Positions 7,972 to 20,000 of a DNA stretch of 64,000 nt are shown here, in pieces. The notes under the pieces were generated by a model, which was given only the letters and a program-made list of their open reading frames with translations, had not been told where the DNA came from and did no database searches. Position 1 is the first letter of the stretch. Every line of letters starts with the position of its first letter. Origin of the DNA: an uncultured virus (IMG/VR IMGVR_UViG_2875733747_000004) (lineage: Duplodnaviria; Heunggongvirae; Uroviricota; Caudoviricetes); the IMG/VR virus record IMGVR_UViG_2875733747_000004; one strand, written 5' to 3'. The position numbers and the translations under genes were made by a program.

Positions 7972-9437
7972 TATTTTCTCACTCCTATAATTTTGTTAAT
8001 TGTCCCTCTATTTGCGTTCGCACCAGAGCCTCTTTGACTTCCTAAGTCGAAATAGACATCGTTTGATATAGTTAAAGATGTACGACTAGATTTAGTTAAT
8101 CCAAACTCATAAACACCTCCACCATTTCCATCACCATCTGGAAGATTTGAGGGATTCAATGAAATCTTTCCTCCTCCAAAAGGACTGCCAAACTCTGTAA
8201 AGTCACCACCTGGAAAAGTCCCATAAAAAATTAATAAAATAAATTGGTCTAAACTCTCATTTAAGTACAATGTAGAGCCCACACCATTTGCTGTTCCATC
8301 AAAAATAACCGAATACCTTTTATTAAACTTGTCATCTGCGTATAATTTAGCGTTACTTTCGGCCATATTAGCTTTTGATTGGGCACTTTGAACAGTTTCA
8401 AAAGGTGTATTGTAATCATTAATAGCTAATTCTGACCACTCAGACCATGAACCCGCTTCTTTTCTTTTAACAAATACTTTATTTGTACCGTTCGGTCGAT
8501 AAGTCATACGCTTGTAATCTGAAGTTACTACTAAATATTCGACAGTACCGTTAGTACTAACACCTCTTGGATAATTTATAGCTTGCGAAACATAAATAAA
8601 TTGGGTTGAATCACCTATTCTTTGTTCTGGATTATTAAAATCAAATCCAGTAATCTGCATTATCTTACCATCATCTTTAGTAATCTTAGCTTTTTGCCAA
8701 TTTGAAGTAGAACCACTTGTGACTAAACCACCACTATTCACTGACTGCTTGAAGGCTTCATGTTTCTCATCCATATATCGCTTTTGCTCATCGAATGTTC
8801 TTGAATATGCTTGCGCTTTATTTTCCAAATCAGATATATGGCTATTAGCAAGTTGCTTTAATTCATCTATACTTGAAGATTTTGCTATTTGAATATCTGA
8901 TAGACCTTTTTCTTTAGCTTTTTCAATCAGACTCGCATAATCTTCACCATTTTTTATAGCCTCGTCCATTGCTTTCGCACGATCCATAATAGTTTTTTCT
9001 AATTCCTGAAATTCAACAATATAGTGTAATTTTGTTTCAGATGGAATCATGCTAAACAAACTTTTTTCAACGTTAAATGTGATAGTTCTCTCGACAACTA
9101 CCACGTCTGAATTACCTAATTCTGCAACCGAAACTTGAGCTTGATAACTTCCATCTCGTTTAATTACATCATTAGGTAATTGAAATTTTAAAATACCTTT
9201 AAATGGATCTAATATTTCTAGTGGAGCAACTACCATGACTCCTTTACCTCGAATCGCTATTCGTGCTTTGATATTTTCTTCACTCAATAATAACGGTTGA
9301 TTATTTTTAGTGATATTAAAAAGAAGAACAGAAGAATCACTCTCTCCTGTTCTAAAAGTTATATCTAGATTTGAAATATTTCCATAATGCGCTGTGTTTT
9401 CTAAATTTATAGCTACAGATTTCTCTAAATTACTCAT
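7971..9437 (-). CDS. BppU-family baseplate upper protein/fibre
   Basis: N-terminal BppU-like domain, coiled coil, C-terminal fibre domains; start MSNLEK overlaps the upstream stop. Confidence 0.8.
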   Translation of the reverse strand: MSNLEKSVAINLENTAHYGNISNLDITFRTGESDSSVLLFNITKNNQPLLLSEENIKARIAIRGKGVMVVAPLEILDPFKGILKFQLPNDVIKRDGSYQAQVSVAELGNSDVVVVERTITFNVEKSLFSMIPSETKLHYIVEFQELEKTIMDRAKAMDEAIKNGEDYASLIEKAKEKGLSDIQIAKSSSIDELKQLANSHISDLENKAQAYSRTFDEQKRYMDEKHEAFKQSVNSGGLVTSGSTSNWQKAKITKDDGKIMQITGFDFNNPEQRIGDSTQFIYVSQAINYPRGVSTNGTVEYLVVTSDYKRMTYRPNGTNKVFVKRKEAGSWSEWSELAINDYNTPFETVQSAQSKANMAESNAKLYADDKFNKRYSVIFDGTANGVGSTLYLNESLDQFILLIFYGTFPGGDFTEFGSPFGGGKISLNPSNLPDGDGNGGGVYEFGLTKSSRTSLTISNDVYFDLGSQRGSGANANRGTINKIIGVRK

Positions 9438-11347
9438 TAACTTATAATTCTCCCTTCGTGTAAAGTCCATGGCCCTGAACTTGTTTTACTATCATAATTT
9501 TTCAATAGTATCTCAGCAGATGCTGTAACACTATTACGAACTAGCCTATGAACAAAGCCACCTGTGTTTGAAGCTTCTACATATAAGTTCCAACCAGCTA
9601 CCCCTTTACGTTCAGTTGGAAAATCTGTAAAACGTTTTGTATCATCCGTAGTTAAATAAAACGACATGCCTACTATGTTAATATCTGACATTTTTGTGAT
9701 GAATGAAGGTACTCTCTCCCATTTACCACTATTTTTAGGCACATAATTCCAGTCCGAAATGTCTCCAGTTCTTCCAGAAAGCACCCTTTCAAAAGTCATC
9801 ATATTCCTTGCATAACTATTACGCGTCAATATCTGAATTACATCACCGCCAGTTTGTGGTGGCTTAACTTCCAAGAACCAACCTGCATCACGCCATTCTC
9901 TTGGTAATGGGAAATCATCGATTTGAACTGTATGATCAGTGTATAAATAGTAAAGACCTGGCTCTGTTAACATCCCAAGATTCTTAAGTTTATCAGGCCT
10001 CATTGGTAAAGGTTTAACTCTACCACCTGTGTCACTCATGATAAAAGGAACGCCTCTTGAGTGAAGTATTTCTAAAATACCTCTTTGCCCAATCATGAAA
10101 ATACGATGTGTTCTATTTCCATCACCACCGACAGTAACACCTAGCATCAAAGCTTTTTTACCACTATCTTTGTCATAGTATATTTGCAAACCTTCTGCTT
10201 CCGCAAATTCGCCAGGAAATGAATCTAGTGTTCCACCATAGTCAGCATTAACCTGATACGCTTCTTCTCCTGTTTCTAAATCGAAAGCCGTTAAATAGTT
10301 TCTATTATTTGGATTACTGTCTCCTGTATACCAATACAAGTATTTTTCATCAAAAGTCACACCCTGCATTGGTTGGGTTTCGTTTGTTAGTCTCATAGGG
10401 ATACTGATTTTATGCAAAACTTTATCAATATTTTTATCAACATCGTCTAAACTTCTTATCTCTATATAATTCATTGAGTTTTCAAGTTCCCACTGACTTC
10501 TAGGTCTCTCAATTCTGTATAGAATTTTATTTTCTTTTTCATTTATGACAGGGGTGATGTAGGGTTTTTCTGGGTGTCCTGTAAATACATCTTGCATACC
10601 ATACTTGCCATAGCTAATTTCCACATTAGGCGTATACTTGAAACGAACTAATGTATTCTCATTATTACCATTTAAGATAAAACTATAAATCCATAACTCA
10701 TCATCAATATATCTATAACCGTTATGTGTACCATGACCCCCACCTACAATCAATGAGCTGTCTATAAATTGACCATTAGGTCTTAGACGACTTAGCATAT
10801 AGCCATTATTTCTAGCTTGTGTCATGTATACTATGCCTGTTCTATTATCAAACCAGAAGGATTGCATTACTGCATTTGTAAGAGGTGCAAGTTCTGTCAC
10901 AAATAAAAATTCTTGCTTATCAGGTTCAAAACGATACTCGATATCAAGAATTTCTTGTTTGGTCTTATTTAATTCTCTTATAGTTTCCTCTTTATTAATT
11001 TGAGTTTTGGTTTCCCAATCGTCTAAATGTTCTTTTAATGTGTCAAAGGTTTCGCCGTTTACATTAACTCGAGCTTGAACAATCTCATTAGCACTGTTAT
11101 TACGTGGTGCCACAACAAGTGCGTTAATTTGACTTTGTAAAGATTTGTTTACTGCTGCTTGCGATCTACCATTATAATAAATTTGCTCAGCGAAGTGTTG
11201 AATTGTTTTAGCTTTCTGATGCAACTTAAACTCTGTTGTCAAGCCAAGCGCAAATTGCTCTATTCTTTGTAAGTTTTGTATTTCCTTAGCTCTATAATCT
11301 CGACCTGCTAAAGCTCCCAAATCCTTTATTAAATACAAATTTTCCAT
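9437..11347 (-). CDS. Receptor-binding protein (minor structural protein)
   Basis: Stem plus beta-propeller-like region (MQSFWFD, GGGHG, EAEG) and two C-terminal tower repeats. Confidence 0.85.
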   Translation of the reverse strand: MENLYLIKDLGALAGRDYRAKEIQNLQRIEQFALGLTTEFKLHQKAKTIQHFAEQIYYNGRSQAAVNKSLQSQINALVVAPRNNSANEIVQARVNVNGETFDTLKEHLDDWETKTQINKEETIRELNKTKQEILDIEYRFEPDKQEFLFVTELAPLTNAVMQSFWFDNRTGIVYMTQARNNGYMLSRLRPNGQFIDSSLIVGGGHGTHNGYRYIDDELWIYSFILNGNNENTLVRFKYTPNVEISYGKYGMQDVFTGHPEKPYITPVINEKENKILYRIERPRSQWELENSMNYIEIRSLDDVDKNIDKVLHKISIPMRLTNETQPMQGVTFDEKYLYWYTGDSNPNNRNYLTAFDLETGEEAYQVNADYGGTLDSFPGEFAEAEGLQIYYDKDSGKKALMLGVTVGGDGNRTHRIFMIGQRGILEILHSRGVPFIMSDTGGRVKPLPMRPDKLKNLGMLTEPGLYYLYTDHTVQIDDFPLPREWRDAGWFLEVKPPQTGGDVIQILTRNSYARNMMTFERVLSGRTGDISDWNYVPKNSGKWERVPSFITKMSDINIVGMSFYLTTDDTKRFTDFPTERKGVAGWNLYVEASNTGGFVHRLVRNSVTASAEILLKNYDSKTSSGPWTLHEGRIIS

Positions 11348-11362
11348 AATGCACCTTCCTTT

Positions 11363-11653
11363 CTAATAAAATAGCACTGTACCAAGTTTCCCACTATCGT
11401 CAACTGTTATTTTCCACAATTTACCGTTTGGGGATTTCTGTACAATGCTATTTTGAATAATTCCTGCTTCGCCTATTTTTAAATTATCTAATTTATTTTT
11501 ATCATTTACCGAAATGATACCGTCTTGAGGCAATCCATCAATATCACTACTGCCTGCATAAGGTATCCCATTTATAGCTTTCCAATGTGTAGCTGGAAAG
11601 TACTGTTTATCGTTTTCAAGTAGCGCTTTGATTTTAACTTCTTCTGTTGCCAT
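11363..11653 (-). CDS. Phage tail-region hypothetical protein
   Basis: ORF track, coupled to neighbours. Confidence 0.75.
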   Translation of the reverse strand: MATEEVKIKALLENDKQYFPATHWKAINGIPYAGSSDIDGLPQDGIISVNDKNKLDNLKIGEAGIIQNSIVQKSPNGKLWKITVDDSGKLGTVLFY

Positions 11654-13236
11654 TATATTAATACACTCCCTATATCCATTGTCTCGAAAGGAGCATTCAA
11701 AGTACTAGTGTATAAATGATTTATACGATTTGCTTGATAGTTATATCTATTATCTTGTGCAATAACTCGTCTGTTAAGCGCTTGTTGAATTTGTACCATA
11801 TCCTTTATTTCATTGCTGAAAGACACTTCATCTATTGCGTTTACAAATGGATGTGACCTATCAAGTTTAACAACCTTTAATTCAGTGTTATATCCCATTA
11901 ATTCATGAACAAAGAATACGCTATCTCTTGGCTCTATTTTTTCATAACCTATATAATTAACATCTAATTCAGTCTTAGGAGTATCATTTATTTGCTTTTT
12001 TGCAAATTCTAACAGCTTATCCTGTGTTTCGATATCTTCATTTGTTTGCGTATTAGCATATCGAATCCCAAACTGCTTTGCACTATCTGCGACGTAGTCA
12101 ACAATTGCTTTGTATTGATTGCGACCTGAGTTGTCAGCAATTAAATTTAAGACTGTTGATTTTTCAGTTCCAACATACATACAAGGCTTAGCTTTTTTAT
12201 TTGAAGATATATCAATTCTATTTTTGGGGTCTTCTCCTAAAAATATCATTTCTAAAACGTGCTTGCCTTTATCAATATTTTTTATTAAATCTATTGTTTC
12301 AGACTGAACCGACTTAGCAAAACAAGAAATTTGCTTAATTTGCTTGCCGTCTAAAATCAACTTATATATTCCACCTTGAGAGCCCTTTTTTATTGTAAAT
12401 CTAACTGTTTCATTACCATACTTGCAATCAAAGTTAATAGTAGCTTTAGACCCAATTGTTGCGGTACGATAAGTACCTTCTTTTATAAAACCATTTGAAT
12501 ATTTAATGTCAGTTGTTCTAATAGGATTATAATTTTTCTTTTCCTCGGCTGTGTACTTTTTCCCAAAAACTTTTATAGCTGTTCTTAATTCCAACGTACT
12601 GACAGTAGCAGACACAGTATCAGTATTATATTGATACCTTATTACTTTTTCGCTTCTTTGATAGAATGTTTCAGGAGAATAAAAACATATCTCCGTATCA
12701 TTTGGATAAATAATACAACCAAACAAATCTACTGCTTCTTTACAATATTCTAAGCCATTTTTATTACCTAATTCATCAATTGGTATTTTTCTTTTAAAAT
12801 CTCCAATTATTTTATAGGTCATCTTGACTGACGTTTTTTGATTTGCAAATCCATATCTTAAGTACTCATCTAAAGAGTATTCTGGCGTTTTACCAGTTTC
12901 GCTACTGTCGTCATCAAGCTTATTTGATTCCACTGAGTGATTTTGAAATTCATACATTATGTGATATGCCGTAACTTCAATAAAAACTTTATCACCTTCA
13001 ACCTTTGGCGCTGTCTGCTTAATTGTGTATTTTTCACCATGATAAATTATGAAGTTTTCACAAATCAATAAATCAAAAACAAAACTATTATGAGTAGTTC
13101 TATAAACTGTAAAGGTGATGTACCTAGCTTCATTCAGTTCATAATATTCTTTAAAAGAACCGTAATCTACATCTAGTAAATTTTCACAAATCAATTCATT
13201 AAAATCCATTACTGATAAATGATCATGATAATCCAT
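11653..13236 (-). CDS. Tail-associated (Tal/prophage endopeptidase-family) hub protein
   Basis: Position after Dit; family-like sequence. Confidence 0.8.
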   Translation of the reverse strand: MDYHDHLSVMDFNELICENLLDVDYGSFKEYYELNEARYITFTVYRTTHNSFVFDLLICENFIIYHGEKYTIKQTAPKVEGDKVFIEVTAYHIMYEFQNHSVESNKLDDDSSETGKTPEYSLDEYLRYGFANQKTSVKMTYKIIGDFKRKIPIDELGNKNGLEYCKEAVDLFGCIIYPNDTEICFYSPETFYQRSEKVIRYQYNTDTVSATVSTLELRTAIKVFGKKYTAEEKKNYNPIRTTDIKYSNGFIKEGTYRTATIGSKATINFDCKYGNETVRFTIKKGSQGGIYKLILDGKQIKQISCFAKSVQSETIDLIKNIDKGKHVLEMIFLGEDPKNRIDISSNKKAKPCMYVGTEKSTVLNLIADNSGRNQYKAIVDYVADSAKQFGIRYANTQTNEDIETQDKLLEFAKKQINDTPKTELDVNYIGYEKIEPRDSVFFVHELMGYNTELKVVKLDRSHPFVNAIDEVSFSNEIKDMVQIQQALNRRVIAQDNRYNYQANRINHLYTSTLNAPFETMDIGSVLI

Positions 13237-13244
13237 TAAATCAC

Positions 13245-14069
13245 CTACCTATAAATAAAAGGAAACTTAAATGTAGTTTTAATATCACTGACGTCTCCTT
13301 TAATCTTAAATTCATTTTTACCTGGCGCTAATGTTATAATGCCTCTATTTGTATCAATTCCCACTCTGTTTATATCTCGATATGCATACACACCATCTAA
13401 AACAAAATCAGTGTTTTTATCTATACTTTTGTTGTACTTAAAAATATCACCTGTTGTATAATTAACCAGTTCAAATCCTCCACTCGCATTTAAATTAATT
13501 AATATTTTCAAATCGTGCTTGAATCGTGGATTTATCGTATCAGTAGAACCGTTCCAAATAGTAAATTGATTTGATGTATGAGTATATTTAGGTGTGAAAT
13601 CAAGAGGAATTCCATTTTCAAACATCCAATTAGAGTCGAATAAGAACTCGCTATCGGTCCAATTAACTGATTCAGAATACCCTTTATAAACATTTAAACT
13701 TACTTCAATTTCAGTTGAAGAACCATCTTTTAAATTAGATGTAACATTAGCTGTATTCACTGCATATTTAACACCAGGCATTTGAGAAGTAATAACATAA
13801 TAAGGATGTCTGCGATTAAACACAGATCTAAACCAATGCTCAAATAAATTTAAATCTATAACATCTATACCATCATAGCCAAACCTTAATACTAATGAAA
13901 AAGGCGCAAAACTAATTGCGCCCGGTAAAATACCATCTACTCCGTTAATAGTTACACTGTTATCATTGGTGTTTGGACTTTCAGCCCTTGCATCTAAAAA
14001 TATAAGCTGATTAAAATCTGTTATTACTTCTTCCTTGTAACCATCTATGATTTTTACAAAAGATTGCAT
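13245..14069 (-). CDS. Distal tail protein (Dit)
   Basis: Follows TMP; C-terminal LAPGKNEF motif. Confidence 0.85.
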   Translation of the reverse strand: MQSFVKIIDGYKEEVITDFNQLIFLDARAESPNTNDNSVTINGVDGILPGAISFAPFSLVLRFGYDGIDVIDLNLFEHWFRSVFNRRHPYYVITSQMPGVKYAVNTANVTSNLKDGSSTEIEVSLNVYKGYSESVNWTDSEFLFDSNWMFENGIPLDFTPKYTHTSNQFTIWNGSTDTINPRFKHDLKILINLNASGGFELVNYTTGDIFKYNKSIDKNTDFVLDGVYAYRDINRVGIDTNRGIITLAPGKNEFKIKGDVSDIKTTFKFPFIYR

Positions 14070-17000
14070 TAATTAGTCAAACCTCCCATATAATTATTTG
14101 CATTTGCTCTATGCCCACTTTGTTTTGACAATATTTTTTCTAAACCTCTAATTGCATCATTAGAACCTAAGTTATTATCCTGAGAAGAAACAGTTTGAAT
14201 CAACGCATCTGTTAATTTATTTCCTTTATCACTTAACATAACAATTTGTTTCAACAATTTTTCAACTGTAGAAGTATCATTATTTACAGTGATGTTATTT
14301 GGCTTGCCATCCATACCGATGATGCGCATAACCTGTTCAGTTAATTGAATTGCTCGTTTACGTCTAGTTAAAGGGATAACCATCTCCTGTTTATCTCCTT
14401 CACCCACTTCAGCAAGTTGATGCTTTGTAATCAAACCACCATTCGCATATCTTCTTGGACCACTTGGAGACCAACCACCTCTTGGGTTAAACTGTGAGCG
14501 CCAATATCTGTTGTTAAAGAACGCTAATAACTGATCGTAACCACTATATATATTGTTGTGACCTCTAACAGCATAATGTCTAAATGTTTGTGGGATATAT
14601 TGAAGCAATCCTTTTGCTGGATTGCCCTGTAAAACGTTGATGTCTCTAAGCGAACTAGATTGAGTTATACCTGCATTTCCTCCTGATTCGTGTTGAATCA
14701 AGCTAATGATATTTCCTACGTCAGCCGAAGTAACATTAACACCCATTCGTTTTGCTGCACGACGTATATCGCCTGCCCAAGCAGATGCAGCCTTATTAAC
14801 ACCTGAACCACTTCGAACGCCACTACCTTTAAGTGACTTCAACCATTTTTCTGGATCTTTAGCTGTATCATTCCCTGGATGCGACCCTTGCATCAATTGG
14901 AAATGTAAGTGTGCTCCTCTAACGAAATTACCTGTAGCACCTGATTTCCCTATCAGTTGACCAGCTTTAATACGTTGGCCTTGTCTTGCTAATTGCTTAG
15001 ATAAATGCATATACCAGTTCCATTCGTTAGCACCGGTCTTAATTTGTATAGAATTACCGCCACCGTAATCAGTCCATACTTTATCAGCTATACCGCCTTT
15101 AACAGCATAAATGTTCGTTCCTGTAGGCATACCAAAGTCGATACCATAGTGACGACCGCCATTAAAGTTAAGTCCACCTGTGTAACTCCCAAACCTTTGC
15201 CAAATTGGATGGTCAAATAGATAGCTTCCATCGCCTCCGCCACCAAAATCTTCAAACCACGATTTTACTTTGTCTACTAATTTCTTTTTGAGCAATGAGT
15301 ACGCGCCTTTAGCAATTTTTACTGTAGCGTTAGCTCCGCCTCCAAAATTAATATTTAAACCTGACATTACTTTATTTACTAGTTTCCCTGGATGTTGTAC
15401 ATAATCCCACACATCGCCGATTTTATCGCCTAACCAAGATGCACCATCTTTGATTTTATCGCCTGCCGCTTCAACCATTTCTTCTGCACCTTTTTTGATA
15501 TTATGAGCTGTGTTTTTAGCTTTAGAACCGAAGTCCCCTGCTTTTTTACCAAGATTTTCAGTAACTTGTTCCATCCATTTTTTCTTTTTCGTACCACCAT
15601 GGAATTTTGGCAAAACACCCATCCGCTGTAACTTCAGAGTGTCATTGGCATTTATTACACTATCTCCAACTCCTAGTGGAACAACCACATCTCGTCCTTG
15701 GGGTGCATGGAATGTTCCGTCAGCCCTGTGAATTATTTCTTGAACTCCACCACCTGGGGCGTTTCCAGAACCTCTATCATTTAATACAGCAAATGTCGGT
15801 TGCGTTAATGCTCCTGAATTATCGGTAGCTACACCCTTTCCTGCTAAAGTACCAGTAGACAATGTAGGTATTGGCTTGATGAGATTTTTATCAGTAATGG
15901 CTTTAGATATTTTATTAATACCGCCAATCATGCTATTCAAACCGCCAATAGCTTTATTAGCAACATTTTTACCTAAATCAGCCGCAGCTCTTCCCATGTC
16001 TTTACCAATATCTCTAATCCAATCATATGTTTTTGATAGCCATTTTCTAAAACCATTAAATACTGATTTAGCGTTAGACCATGCCGAACTTGAAATTGCA
16101 TCAAAACGATCGTGGGCTCTTGAATACATATCCCCAGTCCAACCTTTTAAAGATTTGTATGAGTTACTAAACCATTTCGATGTTCCTTTCCAAACGGATT
16201 TTGCATTCGACCATGCTGTACTAGAAATATTATCCCATTTCGAGCGCGATTTATTAGCCATATCTATTAGCCAACCCTTTGCACTTTTATATGCGTTGCT
16301 AAACCATTTTGATGTGCCTCTCCAAATAGATTTTGAATGCGCCCAAGCTTTATCTGAGGCATCTGAATACTTTTGCTTAGTTTGATTGTAAATACTTCCT
16401 GTAGTCGATTTAACAGATTGCCAAGCTTTTCCAAACCATTTACCAGTACTATTAGCTATAGCCTTAGTGTGATATCCTACAGAACTTTTGGCTGAGCTCC
16501 AACTTGAACTTAATTTGCTTGGAATTCCTTTGATTCCACTCCACATTTTTTTCATTTCGCCGCCAAAATGATTAGCATTTCTGCCCATTTTACTAAAGGC
16601 TTCACCAGTTTTAGTTTTTACGCCGTCCCAAGCATTTCCAAACCATTTCTTTATATTTTCTCTGTTTCTACGAGCTGTTTCTTCTTGTTCTTTAGCGTAT
16701 TTATCACTTTTCTTCTTTTGGTCTTCTCTAAAGTTAGACCACCAACTTTTAAGACCATTCCACCACTTTTCAGTATTTTTATATACACGTCCACTGGATA
16801 AATCCATTTCTTTATCAATATCTTTATTTTGCTTTTTAACAACGTCTACTACAGCATCTTTTTTAGATTTTGCCTTTCTTACTTCATCCTTATGTCTTTG
16901 ATCAGCAATAGCTAACAATTTATCTTTTTCAGACTTAGAAAGGTTGACGTTATTTTTTATAGCAATGACATCATCTTCATACTGCTTATCCACTTCTTTT

Positions 17001-20000
17001 TTTCTTGCTTTTCTTGCTTTTTCTGCTTCTTTAATTGCTTTGCTCGCTTCGTCTATTGAATAAGCATTTCTGTTTCTTTGCATTCTTACTAAAATACGCT
17101 CTTGCTCTTTTTCAGTCTTACTCAATTCTTTAACAGTGATGTCACGTCTTTGATTTTCAAGCTTTTCAATTTCTTTTCTTTCATTTTCTGAAATCTGACC
17201 ATCACTTAAAGCTTTTTCTTTCAATTCTTTGATTTTCTGATTGAGTTCTTGCTCTTTTTTAATTCGCAAGTCATTTTTTTCTTTAGTTCTAGTTAAAATG
17301 TTTTGCTTTTCTTGTTCATCGAATGCACTATACTTATCAATAAGTTCTTGAGTTTTTTCGAGTTCCTTTTTATTTCTTTTTTCTATTTCAGCTATAAGGT
17401 TATTAGATAAATCCGCTTCAATTTTCAAAAGTTTTTTTGCTTTGTCTTCTGTTATTTGACCCGAGTTTAAACGTACTTTTTCCATGATTCTGTTGTTCTC
17501 TTCAGAATAGTGTACGTATTTTTCTAAAGCTTTTTCTGTTTCTTTTGAAACACCTTTCCCCAACACTTTTACAGTATCAGATGCTTTTTTAGAAGCTGTG
17601 CCCATGGTTTGCATAAATCCTTTAAACTTGTTGACTCCTACTTTCAGAAGGTCATCGTCACTCAAAGATTTATAACCATCTTTCATATCCTTTGAAAACT
17701 TTTCTTTGAAGCTTTTGCCTATACTTCCAAGATAATTTTTAAACTCTCCTAGCTTCCTAACAGCACCGCCAATAATTTTGCCACCAAAAAACTTTATAGT
17801 TTCTCCTAAACCGTTAATACCGTTTCTGAACCATTCCACACGATCATATGCGGTTTTAAAAACTTTATATGCAATTGTAATAGCAGTTATTGTAGCACCT
17901 ATAGGTCCTGTTAAAAACTTTAAGGCTACACCAGCAAATCTTGCGCCTCCACTTACTGCAAATAAGGATTTTGCGGCTAATCCTAAACCGTTTTTCAAAA
18001 GTTTGAACGGTAAAATTGCTAGCTTTGCAGAATTTTTCAAAACATTTATAGGTTTTAAATTAAACAACATAGCTCCGGCTAATCCTTTAAAGCCTTTTGA
18101 CGTTTTTCCTGTTGTAGAACCAAGAAATAATGTTTGAAGACCTAAAGATTTCATTGCTTTTGAATTGGTATTAGAAAGAATTGTATTTTCAGCAATGCGT
18201 CTATTTAATGATGCATAGCCTTTAGCCGCGCTCCCAACTGCACGTATTAATAAGCCACCAGCAAGAACAGCAGGACCAATAGATGCACCAAAAATTGCTA
18301 AGCCTACCGAAGCCTTTCTAACCCAACCAGGAAGATGTGTAAATCCATCAACTAATTTTGTTAATCCTTCCGCACCTGCTCTAATCATAGGCGTTAAATC
18401 TTTACCAACTTCAATTGCTAACGATTCAAAAGCGCCACCTAATTGTTCCAGAGCACCTTTGAGGTTATCTTTCATCAAATCAGCTGCTTTTTTACTTTCA
18501 CCATTAGAGTTCTTCAATGATTTGCTATAGCTATTAATTTTATCTGGACCCGCTTCAATCAAGGCTAAAAATCCACTTGCTGCTTCAGTGCCAACTATTG
18601 TAGCCACTGTTGCTAATTTTTGTTCTCTCGTCATGCCTTTCATGTTATCTTGGAACTGTCTAATCAATTCGCCCATTCCAACAAACTCACCTTTAGCATC
18701 AGACAAATGAATACCTAATTTTTTCATTTCCTTAGCTGTACTTTTACTTGGATTAGCTAGCCTAATAAACGAAGCTCTTAATGCAGTACCTGCTTGAGAC
18801 CCCTCTAAACCTGAGTTAGATAAAACTTCAATTGCTGCAGAAGTGTCCTCTATTGAAACTCCTAATGCTTTTGCTGGAGTACCTGCATATTTTAATGCAT
18901 CTCCCATATATTGAATATCTGCAGCACTATCATTTGCTGATCTCGCAAGTAAATCAGCAACATGATTTGCATCAGATGCTTTTAAACCGAAAGAGTTAAT
19001 CGCTGAAGCCATTACAGTTGCAGTTGTAGCCATTTCTGCACCACTTGCTTCTGCTGCGCTGATAACACCTGGCATAGCCTCCATTGTTTGTTTGGCATTA
19101 AAGCCTAAAGCTGCCAATTCTTCCATACCTTTAGCAACTTCGTTAGCACTTTTACTTGTTTTAGCTCCTAAGTCAACCGCTTGATTAGACATGCTTTTTA
19201 AGTCTTTACTGCTTGCTTGTGCAATCGCTCCAACTCGAGACATTTGCCCTTCAAAGTCTGCACTCGTTTTTAATGCTGCACCTAAACCTAAAGTAATCGG
19301 TGTAGATACGCCCATCGTCATTGTACGTCCCAGGGAAGTCATTTTGTCTCCAATAGAACTAAATTTCTTTGACATGACATCCGCTTGACTTGCAAGTTTA
19401 CCGAAATGACTTTGAGCTATCATTTGTTCTTTGTTAAAAGTCTTCATTTCGGATGAAGCTTTATCTATTGAACGCTCCAAATTATTTAAAGCAGCTTTTT
19501 CTTTATTAACAGCTGTTTCAGCTTTTGCGACATTAGCGCTATGATTCTTAATAGTATTGTTTAAATCATTAAATTCTTTTTCTGTTTGCTTTAATTTAGT
19601 ATTAGTTTTAGCGTAAGAACTTTCAATTTTATCATTTGATTTTGAAAGATTGTCATTTTGCACTTTTAGTTTTTGAACTTGATTGCCTTCTTGTTTATAT
19701 TGTTCAACAAGTGCTTTATGCTTAGCGGACTGCTTCTGTACTGCGTCACTTGCTCTTTTTAGTTGTGCAGTAGTAGCTTGGTTACTATTCTTAAGCTTTT
19801 GTTCTGCATCTCTCAACTGTTTAAGTTTTTGATACGCATCTTGTTTACGTTGATTTGTACGTTTATATTGATTTTCAGCTTTTTTAAGTTCTGTATTCGA
19901 TGATTTTAAGGCTTCTTTAGATTTATCAAGAGCTAATTTTTCTTTTTTATTGGCTTCTACTAACTTTAAATATGCTTTCTCAACATCTTTTACACTGGAT

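Noticed and set aside
15960..16760. Trp-periodic repeats in the tape measure protein
   Set aside because: Ordinary tape measure periodicity.
14706..19388. Multiple + strand ORFs antisense to the tape measure gene (and similar shadow ORFs elsewhere)
   Set aside because: Antisense shadows of long coding regions with no RBS or family features.
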